From IMG/VR virus record IMGVR_UViG_3300009079_000013: a stretch of DNA of 64,000 nt; one strand, written 5' to 3'. Position 1 is the stretch's first letter. Each line of letters opens with the position of its first letter. Made by a program: the position numbers and the translations under genes. Below are positions 9,689 through 19,234 of this stretch, piece by piece. Under the pieces are notes generated by a model. That model made no database searches, was not told where the DNA came from, and saw only the letters and a list, made by a program, of their open reading frames with translations. This DNA is from a virus.

Positions 9689-10444
9689 TTATTTGCTAGC
9701 ACTGGCTTTTCTAAGTGTAGATTTTTCAGAATCAGTTAAACTAGACCATCCCGTACTAGATAGTTTATCTAAAATTATATCTATTTCTATTTGATTTTTA
9801 AATTGCTTAGGCTTGGGTTTACTGTAGCTTTTAAACTTAATTGGCTCTGGTTTTTTCTTAAGTTCATCGTGCATCATATTATTTACGCCGTCTATGTTGG
9901 ATATATCTTTATCATTTACACTTTTTCTTAATGATTCTAAATGGCTTTTAAAATATTGTCTAGACATTTTAGGATAAATTGCTGTCGCTTGTTTATAATT
10001 TTTTACCCCGTTTGAGTCTAGTAAATGTTTAGATTTAATGATAGCTAGCCTGTCTGCTACTAATTCAATATTCATTAGTAAATCAACAGCTTTTTCTATA
10101 TCTATATTTGAATTATACGAGTCCCACATTACATCTTTTCCATATTTAGAATATTGATACTGATGAGACACTTCATGAAGTATTACATAAAGAGCATTTT
10201 CAATAGGTCTACTTAATATCTTATCTGCAATCACACATTTATCAGTTTTAGATATACCAGAAGCCCCGTATAATGTATCGAATCCTATTGCTTCGCATCC
10301 TGATTTTACTATATAATCTTTTAAATCATCTATTACATTATGATGATCTTTAAAAGTGTCTTTTAAAGTCTTAATAAATTGTCCTAATCCTTCTACGTTA
10401 GTTTTAGATTCAAACAATGAGAATGGTTTTATAAAGTTTTTCAT
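9689..10444 (-). CDS. HExxH metallopeptidase-like protein with CTS-like N-terminus
   Basis: ILHEVSHQYQ plus downstream ELVAD; C-terminal IDIILDKLSSTGWSSLTDSEK motif. Confidence 0.55.
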   Translation of the reverse strand: MKNFIKPFSLFESKTNVEGLGQFIKTLKDTFKDHHNVIDDLKDYIVKSGCEAIGFDTLYGASGISKTDKCVIADKILSRPIENALYVILHEVSHQYQYSKYGKDVMWDSYNSNIDIEKAVDLLMNIELVADRLAIIKSKHLLDSNGVKNYKQATAIYPKMSRQYFKSHLESLRKSVNDKDISNIDGVNNMMHDELKKKPEPIKFKSYSKPKPKQFKNQIEIDIILDKLSSTGWSSLTDSEKSTLRKASASK

Positions 10445-10518
10445 AGATAATAACTATTATTTATTATTTATTATTTATTTAAACTATTTTACGGTATAGT
10501 GTATAATATTATAAATTA

Positions 10519-10528
10519 TTAGTATAAT
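10519..10528 (+). promoter_or_regulatory. TTAGTATAAT promoter-like motif
   Basis: 6 nt upstream of uvsE ATG; recurrent motif. Confidence 0.5.
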
Positions 10529-10534
10529 ATAACT

Positions 10535-11503
10535 ATGAAAAATCTAGGATACTGTTGTATAAATTTATCTCTTAAACCTAATGGCGTATCTACTAATAGA
10601 GGTATGATCAAGAGAACATTTCAAGAAAAAGGTTTACCTTACGCTAGTGAATTATCTTTAAAGAATATACTTGATTTAAAGAAAATACTAGAATGGAATG
10701 TAAAACATGACATAAAAATATTTAGAATGTCAAGTAGCCTTTTTCCATGGATGAGCGAATACAAATTTTCACAGCTACCTGATTACAAAGCTATCAAGAA
10801 AGCCTTACGCGAAGCTGGGCAATATGTACTAGATAATGATTTAAGAGTAGGGTTTCACCCAGGTCAATATTGCGTACTTCCTTCGCCTCATCATAGAGTA
10901 GTTGTTAATAGTATAAATGATCTCGATAAACATTCTGAAATATTAGATTTAATGGGTCTTCCTAAAAATCATAAATATAGTTTAAATATTCACGTAGGTG
11001 GTACTTATGGAGACAAAAAATCTTCTATAGAAAGGTTCATAGAAAACTTTAAAAAGTTATCTAAATCTACTCAAGCTCGTCTTGTTATAGAAAACGATGA
11101 TAAGGCTAGTCAATATAGCGTAGTTGATTTATACGAAGGTTTATACAAACATATAAATATTCCTATTACATTTGATTTCTTTCATCATTTATTTTGCACA
11201 GGTGGTTTGTCTCAAGAAAAAGCTGCTAAACTAGCGGCCTCAACGTGGCCAGCTAATATACGTCCACTTGCCCATTTCAGTAGTAGTAAAAAACTCAATG
11301 AAGACACTTCTGTTATGGAAAGATCTCATGCAGATTATTTATATGACAGTATACCTCAAATAGGTCAGCTTTTTGATATAGAAATAGAAGCAAAATCAAA
11401 AGAATTAGCGCTATTTAATTATGTAAAAGAGTCCCATAAAATGGAACTTAGGCCTACATTAGAATCTAAATCATTAGATACATCTTTAAAATTAAACCTA
11501 TAA
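10535..11503 (+). CDS. uvsE: UV DNA damage endonuclease
   Basis: LGYCCIN, FRMSS, HPGQY, NIHVGG, IENDDK, FDFFHH, HADY, EAKSKE. Confidence 0.93.
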   Translation: MKNLGYCCINLSLKPNGVSTNRGMIKRTFQEKGLPYASELSLKNILDLKKILEWNVKHDIKIFRMSSSLFPWMSEYKFSQLPDYKAIKKALREAGQYVLDNDLRVGFHPGQYCVLPSPHHRVVVNSINDLDKHSEILDLMGLPKNHKYSLNIHVGGTYGDKKSSIERFIENFKKLSKSTQARLVIENDDKASQYSVVDLYEGLYKHINIPITFDFFHHLFCTGGLSQEKAAKLAASTWPANIRPLAHFSSSKKLNEDTSVMERSHADYLYDSIPQIGQLFDIEIEAKSKELALFNYVKESHKMELRPTLESKSLDTSLKLNL

Positions 11504-11507
11504 TAAC

Positions 11508-11684
11508 ATGAGTGAAGAGAGAAAGATAATTTCTGAAATAGTAAAAACAGTGCTTGATAACCCAAATTATGCAGATGCAGGTAAAGAATTACATAAATAC
11601 GTAAATAAACACCTAAGCTACAGAAAAGAGATTATTATGCAATATAGAAGACTAGACAAAAACAGCGGGAAAAGTGAAGTTTAA
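11508..11684 (+). CDS. Small hypothetical protein (58 aa, not in ORF track)
   Basis: MSEERKIISEIVKTVLDNPNYADAGKELHKY...; preceded by repeat-like TTAAACCTATAATAAC. Confidence 0.55.
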   Translation: MSEERKIISEIVKTVLDNPNYADAGKELHKYVNKHLSYRKEIIMQYRRLDKNSGKSEV

Positions 11685-12213
11685 ACAAAATAGAGGAGAA
11701 TTTAGCTATAGCAATAGGAAATTTTTTAATAAGAAGAAAAAACAATCTATATTAGGAACTAAACCTGTTAAAAAATCTAAGGAAAATATACCATTGGGAG
11801 AATTCTCAAATGAAACTGATAAGGACATTAAGAAAATGTTAAATGGTTGGTATAAACCAAATTGGCTCCCTTCCGTAGAAACAGCTATTAGAAAAGGACA
11901 AAAAATAGAGGCCATAAAAATATTTAAAACAAAAGAGGATCTACGATTATCACATGCTAAAAGCACAGTAGATACATATATTGAAACTGGTAACTGGCAG
12001 CACTATCTCTTTTTAAGAAGAGGCAGATTAGATCAAGCGTTTATAAACGTAACAGGTTGCACTATTGAAAAGTTTGAAAAAGAGTATCATCTTAATAAAG
12101 AAGAGGCAGACCGTACATATGCAGATGCAAATCAACCTTTATTTACCATAGATACAGTATTAGCTGTAGCTCACGAATACGTAAATGTAATTAGAAAGGA
12201 TTCCAAATACTAA
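11674..12213 (+). CDS. Hypothetical protein with ribosomal L7/L12-CTD-like motif
   Basis: GQKIEAIKIFKTKEDLRLSHAKSTVD. Confidence 0.5.
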   Translation: MKFKQNRGEFSYSNRKFFNKKKKQSILGTKPVKKSKENIPLGEFSNETDKDIKKMLNGWYKPNWLPSVETAIRKGQKIEAIKIFKTKEDLRLSHAKSTVDTYIETGNWQHYLFLRRGRLDQAFINVTGCTIEKFEKEYHLNKEEADRTYADANQPLFTIDTVLAVAHEYVNVIRKDSKY

Positions 12214-12224
12214 AAAATATTAAA

Positions 12225-12566
12225 ATGAGAAAGACACTGCAAAAAATAGCATGGAAAACAAATAAGTGGTCTATTAAAATAAGTCTACTTAATATTTATT
12301 TAGGTGGAGATAATCATAAATTTGGATTTCAAATACTTAACATAGATAACTCGCGTTCCTTTTGGTCTGGATCTTTATTTGAAATCACTTGGTATTTTCC
12401 AACAGTTACGCATGCTGGAGAACTAATAATTGATATTTTATTTTTATTTAAAAAATGGAATACTTGGTGCATTGATATGGACGAAAGAGTTTTATGGGGC
12501 TCAGGTCTCAGCAAATGGGAAAGAGTTAATAGATATGTTCACAATAAATTAAACCAATTAAGATGA
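12225..12566 (+). CDS. Hypothetical Trp-rich protein
   Basis: ORF ends inside a degenerate copy of the cassette repeat (KLNQLR*). Confidence 0.6.
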   Translation: MRKTLQKIAWKTNKWSIKISLLNIYLGGDNHKFGFQILNIDNSRSFWSGSLFEITWYFPTVTHAGELIIDILFLFKKWNTWCIDMDERVLWGSGLSKWERVNRYVHNKLNQLR

Positions 12567-12571
12567 GTAAA
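12550..12571 (+). repeat. Degenerate copy of cassette-junction repeat (TAAACCAATTAAGATGAGTAAA)
   Basis: Matches the 60-63 kb repeat at both ends. Confidence 0.65.
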
Positions 12572-12700
12572 GGAGAAATAAAACAATTAGCAGAAGAAAT
12601 TAGTTTCAGATTATTAGCTACAAGAAAACATCCAGAACATGAATGGTTAATCAAGAGATTAAATAAGGCTATTAATGAAAAATCAAAAGAATATGAGTAG
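12563..12700 (+). CDS. Small hypothetical protein (45 aa, not in ORF track)
   Basis: MSKGEIKQLAEEISFRLLATRKHPEHEWLIKRLNKAINEKSKEYE*, starts at the repeat ATG. Confidence 0.6.
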   Translation: MSKGEIKQLAEEISFRLLATRKHPEHEWLIKRLNKAINEKSKEYE

Positions 12701-12950
12701 AATAAACACAATGGGTATAAATCCCAAAGACGGTGATCCAGTGGAGGTATGTTATGGATATGACAGTGTTCCTGGATTCACCTCAGGTTACTTTTTTCAA
12801 GTCTTTAGTAGTAATGAAGAAGACATAGCAAATGATCCCTCGGGTGAAGGAATGATTGTTAATGAAGGTTTCCTAGAAGGAATATCTAAACAACAATTAT
12901 TGTCTATAGCTACTAGGTACTCGGTTACTTTAAATTTTAAAAATGTATGA
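12693..12950 (+). CDS. Hypothetical protein
   Basis: ORF track 12675-12950; ATGAGT start at 12693 preferred. Confidence 0.55.
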   Translation: MSRINTMGINPKDGDPVEVCYGYDSVPGFTSGYFFQVFSSNEEDIANDPSGEGMIVNEGFLEGISKQQLLSIATRYSVTLNFKNV

Positions 12951-13201
12951 TAGGTTACTTAACTCAAACTAAGCAACAGAGGCATGTAAAAGGGGTAATT
13001 AAAAAACTACTTAAGAGGTTTCCTCCTCATGGAAAAAAACACACTTCTTTTCTTTATAAATTGCTTGAAGAGAGACTAATAAGTTCTGAAATGGCCGTTG
13101 TCTTAACTCATATAATAGAAAATCCGGATATCAAATATAAAATATTCTCCAATGGTACGTTATCTATAAATAAAAAAAGGGAATCCGAAGATTCCCTTTA
13201 A
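12947..13201 (+). CDS. Hypothetical protein
   Basis: ATGA overlap with previous ORF. Confidence 0.5.
   Translation: MIGYLTQTKQQRHVKGVIKKLLKRFPPHGKKHTSFLYKLLEERLISSEMAVVLTHIIENPDIKYKIFSNGTLSINKKRESEDSL
13172..13199 (-). terminator. Intrinsic terminator of major capsid transcript (UUCG tetraloop)
   Basis: Minus strand AAAGGGAATC-TTCG-GATTCCC-TTTTTTT, ~25 nt after the capsid stop codon. Confidence 0.85.
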
Positions 13202-13223
13202 TATTATAACTTCTCGGTTAAAA

Positions 13224-14918
13224 TTAAACTGAAGCGTTAGAAGGAGCTGCTCCACCTGTAAGTGTAGCTAAATCTCCGATAACGTCCATGTTAACATACT
13301 GAGTTTCTGGATGCCATCCAGCTTCAGTGATTGCGTAACGTGACTTCATTCCAATTTTTGGTGAGAAAGTACCTTCTGAAATAGTCTGTAAAGACTCAGC
13401 CATAATATATGGTAAGAATTTAACACCTGGTTCTTCGTCAGATCCTTTACGTCCGATAGTAATTCGAGAATCACCGAATCTTAAGTTAGGATCAACGTAT
13501 ACTTGAACACCATAGACTTTACCAGCTGGGTATAAGTTACCAGCAACACCGCCCATATCAGATGGAGCTTGTGCAATTGAGTAACCAGCAACATCAGCTA
13601 ATGCAGATGCAACTCTACCGTTAGTAATCATGAATGTACCAGCACCGAATCTACCTCTATGGTAAATTAAGTTTGCTAATTCAAGAACCTTAGTAACTAA
13701 TCTTCTTTGAATTGTAGATACGTTTTCAAAACCACCAACACCAGCGTTTAAGTCTAATGTAGTAATTCCAGCACCTTCAACGTTAGTTACTTCCGTATTA
13801 TGGTCAGCAGCTAAAGTAAAGATTCTGTCAACTAATCTTTTGTTGATAGACTGTGCAAGTTCGTTAACTGCAACGTTCTCTAACATAGAGATTACGTCGA
13901 AGTTCCAAACTCGGTTAAGATCTTGAATCTGCTCAACAGATGCTGAGATAGATACTTGATCACCTTTTGCTTCAACAAATTTAGTAAACATTCTAAGACC
14001 CATTTGTCTGAATCTAGATAGTTCTCCTTGCTCTCTTGACATTGAGTCAGGAATCTGACCGTTAGTGTCTGTAAAGTAAGGTCCAGTGAAATCTTCTGTT
14101 GCATAATTTTCATCAGCAACTGAAGTAAATCCTGAGATATGGTTTTCTAAAGCTGAAACTAAAGAAACACCTACTGAAGTAGTAGCTGGATCTAAGTCAA
14201 TAGCTCCTAAACCTGCTGCTGCGGCACCACCACATGCAGTCATTGTGTTACCAGTGTTGATTAAATCAGCTGTAACATTTACAGCGGCACCACCATCATC
14301 AAGAACTTTAAGGATCAATTGACCATCAACTCTTGAGAATCCTACAAATCTGTATGTACCAGCGGTAGTACCACCAGCGAATACAGTATCTGCAGTATCA
14401 ATAGCAGGAACTGTTGCGAAGTCATCAACTGTGATTCCTTCTAATTTAACCATATATGGTTCAAAATCTGTATCTGTTCTACCACCGGCATATAAATAAT
14501 CCAAGTAAGGTAAGAACCCAACCGGAGAATCCATAGGAACAACGGGAACAAGATCAAATCCGATCGTTTTTGCAGCTACTTGAATAGCAACTGGAAGTAA
14601 CGATGGAAACTTATCTCCAGAACCAGAATCGGCATACGAACCTTTAACACCAGCATCTGAAAAAGGTGTCTGACCAGGTGTTGGAGCAACAGCGTTACCC
14701 ATACCTAATACAGAACCTGGTTGTTGAAAAAACAACCCAGGTGCAGTTTGCTCAAAGAGAGGAGCGCTATTATCAAAAATAGCATGGTTATGCGCATATT
14801 CTGCTAACCATTCTTGTCTCCCACTATCAGCTGTTACACCATGGCTTTCAAGCATTGGCTTCCAAGTATCGAGGATTCTAGAATCTGAAGTACGTTTAAA
14901 AACTTTTGTACGTGACAT
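13224..14918 (-). CDS. gp23: Major capsid protein (T4 gp23-like)
   Basis: TWKPMLE, DLVPVVPMDSPVG, EQIQDL, G-x-F-x-ITNGRVASAL, VYVDP, FLPY, FSPKIGMKSRYA; strong codon bias. Confidence 0.92.
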   Translation of the reverse strand: MSRTKVFKRTSDSRILDTWKPMLESHGVTADSGRQEWLAEYAHNHAIFDNSAPLFEQTAPGLFFQQPGSVLGMGNAVAPTPGQTPFSDAGVKGSYADSGSGDKFPSLLPVAIQVAAKTIGFDLVPVVPMDSPVGFLPYLDYLYAGGRTDTDFEPYMVKLEGITVDDFATVPAIDTADTVFAGGTTAGTYRFVGFSRVDGQLILKVLDDGGAAVNVTADLINTGNTMTACGGAAAAGLGAIDLDPATTSVGVSLVSALENHISGFTSVADENYATEDFTGPYFTDTNGQIPDSMSREQGELSRFRQMGLRMFTKFVEAKGDQVSISASVEQIQDLNRVWNFDVISMLENVAVNELAQSINKRLVDRIFTLAADHNTEVTNVEGAGITTLDLNAGVGGFENVSTIQRRLVTKVLELANLIYHRGRFGAGTFMITNGRVASALADVAGYSIAQAPSDMGGVAGNLYPAGKVYGVQVYVDPNLRFGDSRITIGRKGSDEEPGVKFLPYIMAESLQTISEGTFSPKIGMKSRYAITEAGWHPETQYVNMDVIGDLATLTGGAAPSNASV

Positions 14919-14935
14919 TTTCTAATTGATTTTTT

Positions 14936-16933
14936 TTATTTTTTGCGGCTTTCCGCATTTCTCATAAGAGAATCTATATAAGTCTGAGAGTAACCTCTCG
15001 TCATATCAACTACCCGGTTTACTGGGATTGCACCTTCTGTACTTTGGCTCTCGTTGATTTGTTGTAATTTTCTATTTGCTTTTTCTCTTTCTACTCTTTC
15101 GTTAACTCCTCTGAAATCTATTTCATCCCAGAAAGATTTAACTTGATATGGAGTGTTCAAGTTGTAAAGTTGAGTTTTAGTATGAATACGATTCTGTTCA
15201 GCTTCGTTCATATTACCCCAATCTGCTTTGTATTCGTTTGGCATATATTTAATATGATTAGGAATAGCTTTATTAACGTTTTCAACAATTGCTGAAATAA
15301 TACTTGTTACATCAGCTTCGTTAAACCATACTGAAGCGTTTGTTGCTTCAACAACGGCTTGTTTAATGTTAGTATCTAAGTTATAGAAAGCGTCTTTCTT
15401 TTCTTGAGACAATACTTTTAAGAAAGGATATTTATTTTCTAATACAGCTGTTGCTGAGTTATTCTTTACAGTTTTTATTACTTCGTCAATTCCTTGAGTG
15501 ATCGTTTCAATCTGCTGACTTTCATTTAATCCAGATACTTTATTTAGTAATCCTTTATTAGATGAAAACTTTCCACTGTTTAAAGATTCTGCAATATATT
15601 CAGCATAACTAATCCCTTTTGAAGATTTTTCAGCTACATATTCAACATATTCTCTATTTAATTGTGAATTTTCAGCAATATATTCAGAAAACTGAATTCC
15701 TTTATTAGCACCTTCTGCTACATATTCAGTGTATTGAATACCTTTATCTACTTCTTCAGCTAAATATGATTGGTAATTAATACTCTTGTTTAAGTTCTCT
15801 TTTAAATAATCTTGGTAATTAATGCTCTTATTTAGATTTTCACCTAAGTAATTTTGATAATTTAAACTTTGATTAAGTTTTTCTCCTAAGTAATTTTGAT
15901 ATTCAATACCATTATTAGTAGTTTCAGCAACATGCTCAGTATATTTAACTGACTGATTTAATTTACTTGATAAATAATCAGTATATTTAGTTAAATTCTC
16001 AACTTTCTCAGCTAGGTAATTAACATATTTTCCCACGCCTGATGTTGGTGAAACTTCAACTGAATTAGTTTCTTTTGAAACAGATTCATTAACTGTTTTA
16101 AGAGCAGCCATTTCGTTTTGAATAGATTCAAATTTTTCTTTAACTATCTCAGTATAATGATTCATATCATTTTTATTAACATACTCGTTCATTTTGCTTT
16201 TATTATTTTGATTGCTTAAACTATTAGCTAGCTTGTTATTATTTTTGTTATTTATCTTGTAAAATTTATAATTATTTGAAAAATTTAAATTTTCAGATAT
16301 ATCTTCTAATCTTTCTTTATTTATAAAGGAGTTTTCTTTTAATAAACTGTAATTTTCAGTTATCATATCGAAATTAGTCTTTAAGGATTCATTCACTGTT
16401 TTCTTTAAAACTGCTTCGGTAAATCCAGGCTCAGCAACCAGGTCATATGTAAAAATTCTATGAAGTTTTACTTTACCTTCATTTAGTACTTGTCCTGCTG
16501 CTCTGGAAGAAACTGATATATTAACACCTCCGTCGATAAGAGCTTTAGCTATTTTACCATTAGGCGTATTTTCTAAAATTCTAAGCTTAATGTTTACTTT
16601 ATCTCCTCCATCATGTGTTAATCCTTCTATTATATGAGAAGCACTTTTAAGAGTTACTTCAAAAGAAGGTGGATGATCTAAATCTCCAACTAGTTGTCTA
16701 GTTTTTATCTTTTCATTTAAATATTGTAAATGTGGAAGATATTCCTCTTTTTCATAAACACGTTGATTATTATTCTTTTGTCCAAAGACTGCGCATACTC
16801 CTTCGAGTATCGTGTTATTTACACCGTTACTTTTGACACTTAATTTTTCACCTACGTTTTCGACGATTAATACTATATCATCTCCGCTTGTGTTTTCTAT
16901 GAAACTACTTGGTTTTAGATTTGAACTATTCAC
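14936..16933 (-). CDS. gp21: Prohead protease (gp21-like) fused to scaffold/core domain with 14-aa repeats
   Basis: LEG..KNNNQRVY, GDLDHP, SHII, TPNGKIAKAL, SVSSRAAG, TYDLVAEPGF, then long coiled-coil repeat region; directly upstream of capsid gene. Confidence 0.88.
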   Translation of the reverse strand: MNSSNLKPSSFIENTSGDDIVLIVENVGEKLSVKSNGVNNTILEGVCAVFGQKNNNQRVYEKEEYLPHLQYLNEKIKTRQLVGDLDHPPSFEVTLKSASHIIEGLTHDGGDKVNIKLRILENTPNGKIAKALIDGGVNISVSSRAAGQVLNEGKVKLHRIFTYDLVAEPGFTEAVLKKTVNESLKTNFDMITENYSLLKENSFINKERLEDISENLNFSNNYKFYKINNKNNNKLANSLSNQNNKSKMNEYVNKNDMNHYTEIVKEKFESIQNEMAALKTVNESVSKETNSVEVSPTSGVGKYVNYLAEKVENLTKYTDYLSSKLNQSVKYTEHVAETTNNGIEYQNYLGEKLNQSLNYQNYLGENLNKSINYQDYLKENLNKSINYQSYLAEEVDKGIQYTEYVAEGANKGIQFSEYIAENSQLNREYVEYVAEKSSKGISYAEYIAESLNSGKFSSNKGLLNKVSGLNESQQIETITQGIDEVIKTVKNNSATAVLENKYPFLKVLSQEKKDAFYNLDTNIKQAVVEATNASVWFNEADVTSIISAIVENVNKAIPNHIKYMPNEYKADWGNMNEAEQNRIHTKTQLYNLNTPYQVKSFWDEIDFRGVNERVEREKANRKLQQINESQSTEGAIPVNRVVDMTRGYSQTYIDSLMRNAESRKK
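15578..16030 (-). repeat. 11 tandem degenerate 42-nt (14-aa) coding repeats, Y-x-x-Y-[LIV]-x-E
   Basis: KYVNYLAEKVENLT/KYTDYLSSKLNQSV/.../NYQNYLGENLNKSI/NYQDYLKENLNKSI/.../SYAEYIAE. Confidence 0.85.
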
Positions 16934-16950
16934 ACAGATTCTATTTTTTA

Positions 16951-16959
16951 TTATTTATA
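16951..16959 (-). promoter_or_regulatory. T4-like late promoter TATAAATAA
   Basis: Upstream of protease/capsid operon; same core upstream of many virion genes. Confidence 0.5.
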
Positions 16960-16998
16960 AGGAAAAATGGTATAAAAAACAATAAACCGATATCATCT

Positions 16999-17949
16999 TT
17001 ACCCTTTAGATAGTATTTTTTTAAGATCTTCTTTATCTCTATCCGTTAGTTTGTCCAGATCAGGAGCATTCACTACTAAAGTAGCTATATAATCTCCTAT
17101 TCTATTTTTAGAGTTTACTACTCCATTTCCTTTTACTGTAAATTTTAATGAGCTCAAATTCTTAGGGTTAGTTATATCTATCTTGTACTTTTTTCCTAAT
17201 ATTGAATCAACTACATAGTTTCTTTCCTTACTAAATAGTGCTGTATATAAATCAATATTAATATCTTCTAATATATTTCCATTATCAAAGCTAAAGCTAG
17301 CAGATGCTGTTATTTCTATGGTAACTATTAAATCTCCTATTGCATAGAAATCTTCTTCTTTTCCATATAGAGTTTTTCTCTTTCCACTAGACTCGTCTCC
17401 CATACCTCCTATATTTAGGACTATACAATATGAGCCTGCTATTTTTCGTATGTCATATTTTCTTTTTCGTAAATTAATTTTAATTTTTATATCTTTATTT
17501 TCAATATCTCCATTCATTAATTTCCTATTAAATGAGATGGTTATTTCTTTATTTTCAAAAAGCGACTTTATATCAGATTTTACATTTTTTCTAATATGTA
17601 GCTTATTTATGTTAAAGGAAGATTCTCTAAAACTAGTATTTTTTATGAAATCATCAAATCCTCCGAAACCTGTTGAATTTCCTCCAAATCCATTAAAGCC
17701 CGTTCCTTGAAAATGACTTTTTCTAGAGTTATCGTAACTTTTTCTTTTTTTAGAATCTCCCAATGTGTCATATGCTTCAGCAACTTCCTTAAATCTTTCT
17801 TCGTGAGTTTTGCTTTCTTTGTTTTTATCAGGATGATACTTCTTGGCTAGTTTTCTATATGAAGATTTTATATCATCCTGCGTTGCATTTTCTGATACTT
17901 CTAATGTGGTATAATAGTTTTTATTCAAATCTTTTATTTTTTGAAACAA
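16999..17949 (-). CDS. dnaJ: DnaJ/Hsp40 co-chaperone (J-domain + C-terminal domain, no Zn finger)
   Basis: [34 protein letters not shown]-rich linker, GDL, GDY. Confidence 0.88.
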   Translation of the reverse strand: MFQKIKDLNKNYYTTLEVSENATQDDIKSSYRKLAKKYHPDKNKESKTHEERFKEVAEAYDTLGDSKKRKSYDNSRKSHFQGTGFNGFGGNSTGFGGFDDFIKNTSFRESSFNINKLHIRKNVKSDIKSLFENKEITISFNRKLMNGDIENKDIKIKINLRKRKYDIRKIAGSYCIVLNIGGMGDESSGKRKTLYGKEEDFYAIGDLIVTIEITASASFSFDNGNILEDINIDLYTALFSKERNYVVDSILGKKYKIDITNPKNLSSLKFTVKGNGVVNSKNRIGDYIATLVVNAPDLDKLTDRDKEDLKKILSKG

Positions 17950-17999
17950 TATTGTAAAAATATTGTATAAAATAATATATCTTATAATTATATATTATT

Positions 18000-18608
18000 A
18001 TGACAAATACTTTATCTAAGTTTAAAGATATACATAAAGGAAAGTCTGCAATAGTGTGCGGATGTGGTGTGTCGTTAGACATAATGAAAGATCACTATAA
18101 AGATATTATTACGATAGGTGTAAACGATGTTCCTAAATTATTTATGCCTACTTATTTAGTAGTAACGGATCACCCTCAAAGGTTCGCAATTCCTAGAAGA
18201 AAGCTTGTAATGGAATCTACGTGTAAAGCTTTATTTACATGTGTAAAAGGCTGGAAAAATAGAAACTTAGTTTCATTTGACTTAGGTTCCAGGAGATTAG
18301 CTAATTTAGATTCAGATAACAAGGTTGATTTTTGCTTAAATTCACCATATGTAGCTACTGGAATTGCTTATAAAATGGGGTTTACTAAAATAGGATTAAT
18401 TGGTGTTGATTTTACAGCAAATCATTTCTATGCAAAAGATGGACATCATCCTCTGACTCAAATGAAAAAAATAAAACAGGTCAACGAAGGATATGGCGTG
18501 TTAAAAAGTGAATTACTAAAGAGAGGAGTAGAATTTTACAATTTAAGTAGTAAAAGTAACATTACTTCTATTCCAAAAATAGACATAGAAAAATTTAAGA
18601 TGCTATGA
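18000..18608 (+). CDS. Maf/DUF115-like (CstII-fold) nonulosonate transferase candidate
   Basis: KFKDIHKGKSAIVCGCGVSL, IGVN, AYKMGFTKIGLIGVDF. Confidence 0.65.
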   Translation: MTNTLSKFKDIHKGKSAIVCGCGVSLDIMKDHYKDIITIGVNDVPKLFMPTYLVVTDHPQRFAIPRRKLVMESTCKALFTCVKGWKNRNLVSFDLGSRRLANLDSDNKVDFCLNSPYVATGIAYKMGFTKIGLIGVDFTANHFYAKDGHHPLTQMKKIKQVNEGYGVLKSELLKRGVEFYNLSSKSNITSIPKIDIEKFKML

Positions 18609-19234
18609 AGATAATAATACCAGCTAGACGAAATTCAAAAGGTTTGCCCTTTAAAAATAGAAAGTTGTTTAATTATACAGCTAATATTATACCAGACGTA
18701 TATAAGCACCTTACTTATGTAGTTACAGACGATGAAGTGATATTAAAGGAATCTTTAAAGTATGGATTTAACACAATAAATAGAATACCTGAGATGTCAC
18801 TGGATGTGACTTCCACTAAGACTACAGTTCAATACGCTATTGATGAGATAGGTATAGAGAACGAAGATGTTATCGTGTTATATTTGACATATCCTGAAAG
18901 AAATTGGGATCACATAGACATGGCATATTCGATGTTTAAACTAAATCGTAATCAGTCATCACTTCTTTGTAAGAAGAAAATAGATACAAGTCCGTTTTTA
19001 ATGTTAAAGCAGGAAAAAGGCAATAGGGGATCTCAACTATTCTATCACGACCTATATAGAAGACAAGATTATCCTACTTGTTTTGAGATAAGTCATTATA
19101 TATGTATATTCAATAGTAATAAGATAAATAATTTAAATAATAACATGTATAATAACGATACAATATATTATGACATTGATAATGTAATAGATGTAGATGA
19201 AAAAAAAGATTTAGACCGTTTTGAAGAAAGATGA
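18605..19234 (+). CDS. neuA: CMP-nonulosonic (sialic) acid synthetase
   Basis: IIIPARRNSKGLPFKN, VVTDD, RRQD, IDVDE. Confidence 0.85.
   Translation: MKIIIPARRNSKGLPFKNRKLFNYTANIIPDVYKHLTYVVTDDEVILKESLKYGFNTINRIPEMSLDVTSTKTTVQYAIDEIGIENEDVIVLYLTYPERNWDHIDMAYSMFKLNRNQSSLLCKKKIDTSPFLMLKQEKGNRGSQLFYHDLYRRQDYPTCFEISHYICIFNSNKINNLNNNMYNNDTIYYDIDNVIDVDEKKDLDRFEER

Noticed and set aside
15578-16030. Non-coding tandem repeat or DGR template/variable repeat
   Set aside because: The repeats are in-frame 14-aa units conserved at protein level; no reverse transcriptase and no adenine-specific mismatch pattern were seen.
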